A program made the position numbers and the translations under genes. From positions 32,001 to 96,000 of IMG/VR virus record IMGVR_UViG_3300033485_000001: a stretch of DNA of 64,000 bases; one strand, given 5' to 3'. Each line of letters starts with the position of its first letter. Position 1 is the stretch's first letter. The DNA comes from a virus. Under the pieces are notes generated by a model. That model worked only from the letters and a program-made list of their open reading frames with translations, searched no databases and had not been told where the DNA came from. Positions 15,888 to 22,283 of this stretch are shown piece after piece.

Positions 15888-16300
15888 TGATCGGCGTCTG
15901 GGGCTTTCAGTGCCAGCACTGCTACGCCGTGTTCCACCTGACCTACGGTGAGGGCGACGTGGCCATCCTCGAGAGCCTCGTCGAGGACGGCAAGTGCTTG
16001 CGCTGCGGGCACGACCTGCGGGTCATGCTTGCGCCTCCGGCCGGGACCGTCGTGTACGAGGAGTTCGAGGCGAACGAGTACTGGAACAGGATCAACGGTT
16101 TGGGTTCCAAGGCAGAGCGGGTCTGGGGCTGCGAGAAGGTGCGCGGGCTCCTGCTGGAGCATCGCGTGGTCGGTTGCGACCTCGTGGAGTCCGAGACCCA
16201 CAGGTGCGTCATCAGGAGCCTGAAGCTGGAATCGGGTCACGTGTTGCACTTCGCCATTGGATTCGGCGAAGCGGTGATCTACAGGATCACGGAGGAGTAG
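15887..16300 (+). CDS. Zinc-ribbon protein
   Basis: CQHC...CLRC; TGATG coupling. Confidence 0.75.
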   Translation: MIGVWGFQCQHCYAVFHLTYGEGDVAILESLVEDGKCLRCGHDLRVMLAPPAGTVVYEEFEANEYWNRINGLGSKAERVWGCEKVRGLLLEHRVVGCDLVESETHRCVIRSLKLESGHVLHFAIGFGEAVIYRITEE

Positions 16301-16304
16301 GATC

Positions 16305-16634
16305 ATGGCCGGAAGAGTGACGGACTACGAGAGCAACTACGACGAGGCGGTCACCCCCAAGACGCTGCACGGCATCAAGGAGGTGAAGATGCTCATCATC
16401 CAGTGCGCCAACAACGAGGGTCGGACGCAGGTCCTCATGGGCATCGAGGTGGAGCCCGGCGACATCCGGACCTTCCCCGAGAAGACCTGGGACCAGCTCG
16501 GAAAGCCGAGCGCCTGGCTCATGGAACAGATCAACGAGCAGTACTACGGTCGGCAGCCCGCGACGCCGACGGCGACACCGCAGGTGGTCAAGAAGGCGCC
16601 GCCGGCTCCGGTCAAGATGGACGGCGCAGTCTGA
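16305..16634 (+). CDS. Hypothetical protein
   Basis: GGAGGAG SD, 109 aa. Confidence 0.75.
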   Translation: MAGRVTDYESNYDEAVTPKTLHGIKEVKMLIIQCANNEGRTQVLMGIEVEPGDIRTFPEKTWDQLGKPSAWLMEQINEQYYGRQPATPTATPQVVKKAPPAPVKMDGAV

Positions 16635-16644
16635 GGAGGTTGGG

Positions 16645-16956
16645 ATGGACGTCAGGCCGACAGGAGACTGGATCCTGGTGGACCCGAACCCGGACGAGAG
16701 CGTCTCGGAAGGTGGGATCATCTTCCCTGGCGACGCGAGAAGGACCGTGGTGAAGACCGGGGTCGTCAAGGCGGTGGGGTCGGGGAGAGCCAACAAGAAG
16801 GGCGTGCGGATCCCGCCTGATGTGAAGGTCGGCGACACCGTTGCCTACGTCTTCGCCCTTGAGAAGACGCACACGGGCGAGAGCATCAAGCTGCACCTCG
16901 GGACGGACGAGTTCATGATCAGGGAGCAGGATGTCCTCTACGTCGTCGAGCAGTAG
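16645..16956 (+). CDS. groES: Co-chaperonin GroES (Cpn10)
   Basis: RPTGDWILV, SEGGIIFP mobile loop, GVVKAVGSG, VKVGDTV, FMIREQDVL. Confidence 0.95.
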   Translation: MDVRPTGDWILVDPNPDESVSEGGIIFPGDARRTVVKTGVVKAVGSGRANKKGVRIPPDVKVGDTVAYVFALEKTHTGESIKLHLGTDEFMIREQDVLYVVEQ

Positions 16957-17122
16957 CAGGAAGGTCCGACTGAGCTGTCGGATGGACGAGGGCCTGATGA
17001 TCTGGGTTCAGTGGTACGCGCAGCAGCGCGGAGTCACCGTCACCCAGATCATCAAGGAACACTTCCAGGAGCTGCGCGAGGAGTACTCGAGGCTGCACCG
17101 TAGAGAGGTAGATCAGATCTGA
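16931..17122 (+). CDS. Ribbon-helix-helix (CopG-like) DNA-binding protein
   Basis: KVRLSCRMDEGLMIWVQWYAQQRGVTVTQII fits the RHH strand-helix-helix pattern. Confidence 0.65.
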   Translation: MSSTSSSSSRKVRLSCRMDEGLMIWVQWYAQQRGVTVTQIIKEHFQELREEYSRLHRREVDQI

Positions 17123-17697
17123 TGCCGACGAACTACGAGGAAGTGAAGCGCAACTTCGACATCCCGGCAGGGTCCACCCAGGATGACATCGCCGACATGA
17201 TCCGAGCGATTCTCAGCACCAGAGCTGTGGTTCGGAAGGTGGTCCTCGAGGTCACCCCCGGTCAGGACAGGCAGGGGAGGATCTCGGTGGACATGCTGGT
17301 GCCAAAGATCGGTCCGCCGGACGGGGAGCTTCTGGAGCCCGACCCAGAGAACCTCTGGCAGCTGATGGCTAGGATCCCCATCAACTCCGTCAGCTTGAAG
17401 AAGGTGAAGATGCGGGTCCCGGCGGTCATGCGGTCGGTGGCTCTGGTCATGCAGGCCGCGCTCGACACGTCCTCGGAAGCTCGCAGCCCAGTGGGGTGGA
17501 TGATCAACGAGGACCCCACCACCTTCCTGCGGTGGCTTGGGGTTCGAGTCGAAGCCGTCCCGTCGGTGTTCATGAACCTTCCCCTGCTCCGCGTGCCCTT
17601 CGTGGAGGCGGATAGGCTGGTGCTCCTCTGCGCCAGAAGTAGGAAGATGGACCCCATCCGCAGTGAGCGCGGGTTGGTGCTCATGATGGAGGTCTGA
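17122..17697 (+). CDS. Hypothetical protein
   Basis: TGATG coupling; 191 aa. Confidence 0.75.
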   Translation: MPTNYEEVKRNFDIPAGSTQDDIADMIRAILSTRAVVRKVVLEVTPGQDRQGRISVDMLVPKIGPPDGELLEPDPENLWQLMARIPINSVSLKKVKMRVPAVMRSVALVMQAALDTSSEARSPVGWMINEDPTTFLRWLGVRVEAVPSVFMNLPLLRVPFVEADRLVLLCARSRKMDPIRSERGLVLMMEV

Positions 17698-17698
17698 C

Positions 17699-17992
17699 GT
17701 GGCAAGGAAGATCGTCTGTTCGATCTACGAAGAGCGTCCGGAGATGTGCAAGAACTATCCGCAGGCTGACGGCAGGTACGTCCCACCGTCGTGTGGATTC
17801 TTCTTCCCAGGAGATGGGACTCGTCGTGGCGAGTGCGACCCGGAGTGCGAGGCCGCCTGCTGTCGACTACCGAGACAGGGAGGTGAGCCTCTCGGGCTGC
17901 CGCTCGAGGAGTACCTGGGCGGCCTCCCGTGCAAGCACCTCGATCTGAAAGAGGAAGAGGACGAGGATGTCGAAGAGGAAGAGGAAGGATAA
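17699..17992 (+). CDS. YkgJ-like cysteine-cluster protein, apparently circularly permuted
   Basis: CSIYEERPEMCKNYP precedes CDPECEAACC and PCKHL. Confidence 0.65.
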   Translation: MARKIVCSIYEERPEMCKNYPQADGRYVPPSCGFFFPGDGTRRGECDPECEAACCRLPRQGGEPLGLPLEEYLGGLPCKHLDLKEEEDEDVEEEEEG

Positions 17993-18542
17993 CGGCGTAC
18001 CCGACGAGACCGTCGCAGACGATCTCAAGGCGGCGCTGGCCAGCCTTCCGAAGACCGAGGTGCTCGACCACGGGATCAACAGGGACCGCGTGAGAATCCT
18101 CATGCGGATCCACGAGGACTCGACGTGGCTTCCAGTCCTCAAGCTGATCTTGCGTGAAGAGCGCCGCCAGAGCGGGACCGAGAAGTCGTGGTCCGTCCAC
18201 GTGTGCCGCCAGTTCATGCTCCGACCGGACAACGACGAGAAGCTCGGGTTCGCCTGGAACTTCATCCTGCGCAGCAGCTTCAGCCTCCGTGAGGCTGTGA
18301 CGGACATCTGTCGCGTGATCGATGTCGCCAAGAACGCGGTCACGTTCGAGGACAAGGCTCCACCACGCAGGCCGGGTGTCATTCCGCAGAAGCGGAAGCC
18401 GCTCAAGGAGGGTGTGGCCCGAGCAGTGAGAGGTGAGCTTCGCGAATATCCGCTCATGGCTAGGCCAGATCGGAACATGCCAGAGGTGGATCTCTTCGCT
18501 CCGCAAGGGAAGCGAAAGGGCGCTCACCTCATCGGAGGTTGA
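17967..18542 (+). CDS. Hypothetical protein
   Basis: GAGGACGAGG SD; 191 aa. Confidence 0.75.
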   Translation: MSKRKRKDNGVPDETVADDLKAALASLPKTEVLDHGINRDRVRILMRIHEDSTWLPVLKLILREERRQSGTEKSWSVHVCRQFMLRPDNDEKLGFAWNFILRSSFSLREAVTDICRVIDVAKNAVTFEDKAPPRRPGVIPQKRKPLKEGVARAVRGELREYPLMARPDRNMPEVDLFAPQGKRKGAHLIGG

Positions 18543-18544
18543 CG

Positions 18545-19279
18545 ATGGACTTCTTCGGACCCAAGCAGCAGAAGATCCTCGAGGCAGCGAGGACCGCCCA
18601 GGATGATCCTTCCAAGCTCCTGCCACACGAGAGGAAGCTCCTCGCAGAAGCCGGTCTGGATCTGCAAGCCGTTACCCGCCCACTCACGGCCGAGGAGCGG
18701 GAGGCCGTCGAGAAGAAGCGTCTGGCCATCAAGTCCCTGCTGACCGAGGACACGACGCTGCGAGCCAAGTTCAAGATCGAAATCATGTGCGGCTCGGACC
18801 GCTCGGTCGAGAAGCCCTTCCGTGGATCCATCGTCATCTTCCGAAGCGGCACGGCGCTGCACGGCGGCGGTGACGAGGTCGTCTACCCCTGCGTGGATCC
18901 ACTCTGCCCAGGGTTCATCCCACCCGAGCTCATCATGTCGGCGGTGAGGAAGGCCGGCTGCCCGAAGTGTCAGAGGATCTGGAATCAAGATCAGCTCAAG
19001 GAGATGTTCCTCGCCATCCTGCCGGCGCAGAAGTGGGCCTACGTCCTGTCGAGGTTCTTCGTCCGCCTCGGTCACGACGCGGACCTCTACCTCAAGGGAG
19101 CGCCTATCGACATCAGAAAGAACACGGCGCTCGAGAAGGAGAAAGATCACGGCGGGGTGCAGCTTGCAGTTGCGCGAACGCATCGTCAGCCGGTAATCTA
19201 TCCGTTGGACAGGATCTACAAGGACCTCAGCAACGGAGCGGACCTTGAAGCTCGCTTCAGGTCCTTCGTGACGGCGTGA
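18545..19279 (+). CDS. Hypothetical protein with zinc ribbon
   Basis: GGAGGT SD; CVDPLC...CPKC. Confidence 0.8.
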   Translation: MDFFGPKQQKILEAARTAQDDPSKLLPHERKLLAEAGLDLQAVTRPLTAEEREAVEKKRLAIKSLLTEDTTLRAKFKIEIMCGSDRSVEKPFRGSIVIFRSGTALHGGGDEVVYPCVDPLCPGFIPPELIMSAVRKAGCPKCQRIWNQDQLKEMFLAILPAQKWAYVLSRFFVRLGHDADLYLKGAPIDIRKNTALEKEKDHGGVQLAVARTHRQPVIYPLDRIYKDLSNGADLEARFRSFVTA

Positions 19280-19593
19280 AGATGAGCACTCTCAAGCAGA
19301 TCATGGAACGCATCGAGACGCTACGTGCGAAGCGTGAGCTGATCGATGCCGTGAAGGAGTGGGTGAACAAGAGCTTCACCGGGAACACTTCGATCAGCGG
19401 ACGTGTCATCACGGCCGAGATCATCGATGAGATGCTCGTCGACATCGACAGTGCGCTCACGGCTGCTGTCGACGAGGAGTTGATGACGCTGGAGTCCATG
19501 GAGGTCCAGAATGGGAAAGGCGCGAAGGGGTCTGAGGGGCGGTCCAAACCCGCAAAAGCTCGAAGCTCGCGAGCTGGCAAAGCGAGCTCTTGA
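19276..19593 (+). CDS. Hypothetical helical protein
   Basis: GTGA overlap; 105 aa. Confidence 0.7.
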   Translation: MKMSTLKQIMERIETLRAKRELIDAVKEWVNKSFTGNTSISGRVITAEIIDEMLVDIDSALTAAVDEELMTLESMEVQNGKGAKGSEGRSKPAKARSSRAGKASS

Positions 19594-20041
19594 TGTCGTA
19601 GGAGCTGTCGAGAAGAAGCTGATCGGGTTCATCCAGGGGTTCCAGCAGAACCTGAACCAGATCTACATGAACCAGAAGGCGATCGGGGACATGTGCTACA
19701 CGAACAACGTGCACGCCACGATCCTCCGCCAGGTCATGTTCGACAAGGGGCTCCTCACCGAGCAGGAGTACCACGAGCGGGTCGAGAAGGAGTTGGCCGT
19801 CCGCGATGCGATCCAGAAGAAGCAGGCGGAAGAGGCGGCGCAGGCCGCTGAGGAGCTAAAGAAGAAGCAGGCGGAGGAAGCAGCCGCGAAGGTCGCGGAA
19901 GCTGCGCCTGCCCCTTCACAGGAGCCAGTCGAGGAGCCCAAGGTCTTCGGCGGGGATTTCGGAACGGAGGAAGCGGATGGGCAAGCTGCACAAGGAGAAC
20001 AAGGACACCTCGAAGATCAGGTGCCCTCACTGCAAGAGTGA
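19511..20041 (+). CDS. Coiled-coil hypothetical protein
   Basis: GGAGGT SD; E/A/K-rich helices. Confidence 0.75.
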   Translation: MGKARRGLRGGPNPQKLEARELAKRALDVVGAVEKKLIGFIQGFQQNLNQIYMNQKAIGDMCYTNNVHATILRQVMFDKGLLTEQEYHERVEKELAVRDAIQKKQAEEAAQAAEELKKKQAEEAAAKVAEAAPAPSQEPVEEPKVFGGDFGTEEADGQAAQGEQGHLEDQVPSLQE

Positions 20042-20126
20042 GACGGCCACCAAGCGACTCGTGGAGGGAAGGCTGATCCTGTACTGTGCGCGGTGTCGAG
20101 GCACGTTCAAGACCACCCCGATCTAG
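19977..20126 (+). CDS. 49-aa zinc-ribbon protein (not in ORF track)
   Basis: GGAGGAAG SD; MGKLHKENKDTSKIRCPHCKSETATKRLVEGRLILYCARCRGTFKTTPI*. Confidence 0.7.
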   Translation: MGKLHKENKDTSKIRCPHCKSETATKRLVEGRLILYCARCRGTFKTTPI

Positions 20127-21457
20127 GGCAGCCGCTCGTCGAAGGCTTCGTGAGCGGACTTGTCAGGATGCCACTCGAGGAAGATAGGAGCCGTGAGCGC
20201 GTTCGTGTCGTCACCCTCGGCGATGAAGGTGCGCGACTCGTACTTGATCCGGGCCACGCCGACGATACCCCGGTGATTCGCGGCACGGCGGAGGACGTAG
20301 GCTCGCTGCTCCTCGGTGAACCCAGAGCCGCAGTTGCAGATGTAGTGCAGCGCCCCGCTTCCGCCGTACTGGTAGAGCGCGACCACACCAGGCAGCTCCT
20401 TCAGGCGGCCCTTGCCGTAGCGACCTGCGTTGCGACCATCGTGGCTCCATGCGCCGTCGGGATCGAACACGACCAGGAAGTCTCCTTCCTGGATCGGTTT
20501 CCACTTCCACGCCTCGGGGCGTTCCTCGCGGCCACGGAAGTTCACCACAGCCTCCCCGAAGACAGCCTCGCCATCGTAGACCACGAGGCCCTCGAGATTC
20601 TCCTCGTTGACCATCTCCATCAGCCCGTCCAGCGTTCCGGTCATCGTGGCCATCACGTCGAGGTACTGGAACCGGCGCGTGCCGATGCGCCGATACATGA
20701 AGTCGATCCACTCCTTGACCGGCATCTCGGACATGATCGAGAGGCCGTTCCAGTAGGGGATCCCGAGCACGATAGCCTTCGGCCTGCGGAACGGATCCTC
20801 CTGGAGAAGTCGAGCCCTCTCGGGCAGGCTGCGGTCCAGGGTCTGCACCAGCCTTCGGTTGTCCTTCCCGCCCTCTTCGACCACGAGCTCGGTGAGGAGG
20901 ACCGTCTGCGGTGGAAGACCAGCCTTCGTGATCTCCCGGACGAGGTACGGGTACTTGTCCGTGCAGGGATCCATCCTTCGCGTGAAGACCCTGACCATCC
21001 CCTCCTCGTCGACGAAGATGGGGTGCATCATCCCGTCCCGCTTGATCGTGTAGATCGCGCGTCCGGAGTCGATGACCTCCTGAAGCGCGGCCATCTCCTT
21101 GGTGTCCGGTTCGGGCTGATGACGGCACTTCATGAACCTCACGTTCTTCGCCGGGTTCGCGAAGTCCAGGTCGTCAGCTCGTCGCGACTCGATGATCTCC
21201 CCAGTCTTCGGGTCGATTTCCTGATATCCGAGCCTGTCGATCTTGTCTCGAATGTGACGCTCGGAGACAAGGATTGCTTGGGTCTTGGCGTCCTTGAAAC
21301 CCTTTGTCCCGAACTTCCCAACCGATCCTGGGCGGTCATGGGTCTGCTTCATGCGACCACCGGCGACCCCACTTTCCATGTAGACGATCTCGCCGTCCAC
21401 CCAGATACGCCACTCGAGCGGGTTCACCTTCCCGCTCTGCCTGAACACTCTTGGCAT
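20123..21457 (-). CDS. lig: ATP-dependent DNA ligase with N-terminal WGR-like domain
   Basis: KRDG (motif I), LLTELV, EGLVV (IV), WKWKP (V), OB-fold GSGFT; N-terminal EWRIWVDG..VYMESGVAGG; AGGAGGTG SD. Confidence 0.88.
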   Translation of the reverse strand: MPRVFRQSGKVNPLEWRIWVDGEIVYMESGVAGGRMKQTHDRPGSVGKFGTKGFKDAKTQAILVSERHIRDKIDRLGYQEIDPKTGEIIESRRADDLDFANPAKNVRFMKCRHQPEPDTKEMAALQEVIDSGRAIYTIKRDGMMHPIFVDEEGMVRVFTRRMDPCTDKYPYLVREITKAGLPPQTVLLTELVVEEGGKDNRRLVQTLDRSLPERARLLQEDPFRRPKAIVLGIPYWNGLSIMSEMPVKEWIDFMYRRIGTRRFQYLDVMATMTGTLDGLMEMVNEENLEGLVVYDGEAVFGEAVVNFRGREERPEAWKWKPIQEGDFLVVFDPDGAWSHDGRNAGRYGKGRLKELPGVVALYQYGGSGALHYICNCGSGFTEEQRAYVLRRAANHRGIVGVARIKYESRTFIAEGDDTNALTAPIFLEWHPDKSAHEAFDERLP

Positions 21458-21487
21458 CGTCACCTCCTAACATCCATCGGGCCTGGA

Positions 21488-21497
21488 CCCTTATACC
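21488..21497 (-). promoter_or_regulatory. GGTATAAGGG promoter-like motif
   Basis: Reverse strand, about 30 nt upstream of the ligase start. Confidence 0.7.
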
Positions 21498-21512
21498 AGA
21501 GAGGAGATCGGA

Positions 21513-21731
21513 ATGAGCACCCCTGAGATCAAGATGACAGTCGAGAACATCGAGGGCGTCACCAGGCGCCAGGTCGTCGATGTCATCGTCGAGCAAGAGC
21601 TGAACCAGTTCGACAAATTCCTGACCGCGACCTTCGGCGGCACGCAGCCCATGGCCAGCTTCGAGCGGGCGATGGTGAAGAGCTACATCATGTGCAAGCT
21701 CGCCGAGCAGATCGCCAAGATGCCGGGCTAA
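21513..21731 (+). CDS. Small hypothetical protein
   Basis: GAGGAG SD; 72 aa, typical codon usage. Confidence 0.7.
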   Translation: MSTPEIKMTVENIEGVTRRQVVDVIVEQELNQFDKFLTATFGGTQPMASFERAMVKSYIMCKLAEQIAKMPG

Positions 21732-21797
21732 AAAAGTCCGGGGTGCAGCCCGCGTTAGCGTTGCGTCTCGACGTTTCAGCTGCCCGAGGTCCTCAGT
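21730..21797 (-). ncRNA. Candidate small RNA (about 68 nt)
   Basis: Promoter directly upstream, no gene-like ORF, end-pairing stem enclosing two hairpins, U6 tail. Confidence 0.6.
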
Positions 21798-21808
21798 GAT
21801 CTTATACC
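21798..21808 (-). promoter_or_regulatory. GGTATAAGATC promoter-like motif
   Basis: Exact copy on the - strand. Confidence 0.75.
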
Positions 21809-21811
21809 CAT

Positions 21812-21837
21812 CTAAGAAGTGGTCCTCTCGGGACCAC
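21812..21837 (-). terminator. Terminator-like hairpin after gene 21845-22186
   Basis: GTGGTCC-CGAGA-GGACCAC followed by TTCTTAG on the - strand. Confidence 0.6.
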
Positions 21838-21844
21838 CCCTCCC

Positions 21845-22186
21845 TCACTTCTTACCCTCCAGCTCCTTGATCCGCTTGATCAGAGCTCGGACGTCCTTCC
21901 GGTACTCGTCCATGACGTACCGGAGGTCTTCCTCCCCCTTGCGGATCCGGGCCAGGGCCTTCGTCTCGAGCCCCCTCAGCGCCTTGCGATGCTTGGCGTC
22001 GAGCTTCTCGAGCTTGGCCTTGGCCAGCTCCTTCTCCTGGATGCGAGCCAGGCTCACGGCCCGGCTCTCGGCCTGATCCCAGGTGTCCATCAGGACGTTC
22101 CCCCCGATGGATACCCAGCCCAGCCAGGAGCAGTCGGCGAAGAGCTGGAGGGAACTGCTCGTGAAATGGAGCGCGCTTTTCAGCAT
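21845..22186 (-). CDS. Coiled-coil hypothetical protein
   Basis: AAAGGAGGGAG SD; own TATAAGATC promoter. Confidence 0.7.
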   Translation of the reverse strand: MLKSALHFTSSSLQLFADCSWLGWVSIGGNVLMDTWDQAESRAVSLARIQEKELAKAKLEKLDAKHRKALRGLETKALARIRKGEEDLRYVMDEYRKDVRALIKRIKELEGKK

Positions 22187-22204
22187 AGCTCCCTCCTTTC
22201 TATT

Positions 22205-22213
22205 GATCTTATA
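22205..22213 (-). promoter_or_regulatory. TATAAGATC promoter-like motif (variant)
   Basis: Core conserved; GG replaced by TA. Confidence 0.6.
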
Positions 22214-22283
22214 TACTGAAGGTGACAGCCATTTTCGTTCTGGTGTGGTAACCTCGTGGAATGAGAGCCCGGAGTAGCCCCAG

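Noticed and set aside
21745-21797. Hammerhead ribozyme (CUGAGGA ... GAAAC both present)
   Set aside because: Stem II lacks a closing pair (C...U) and no NUH cleavage triplet can be placed after stem III; kept only as an unclassified RNA.
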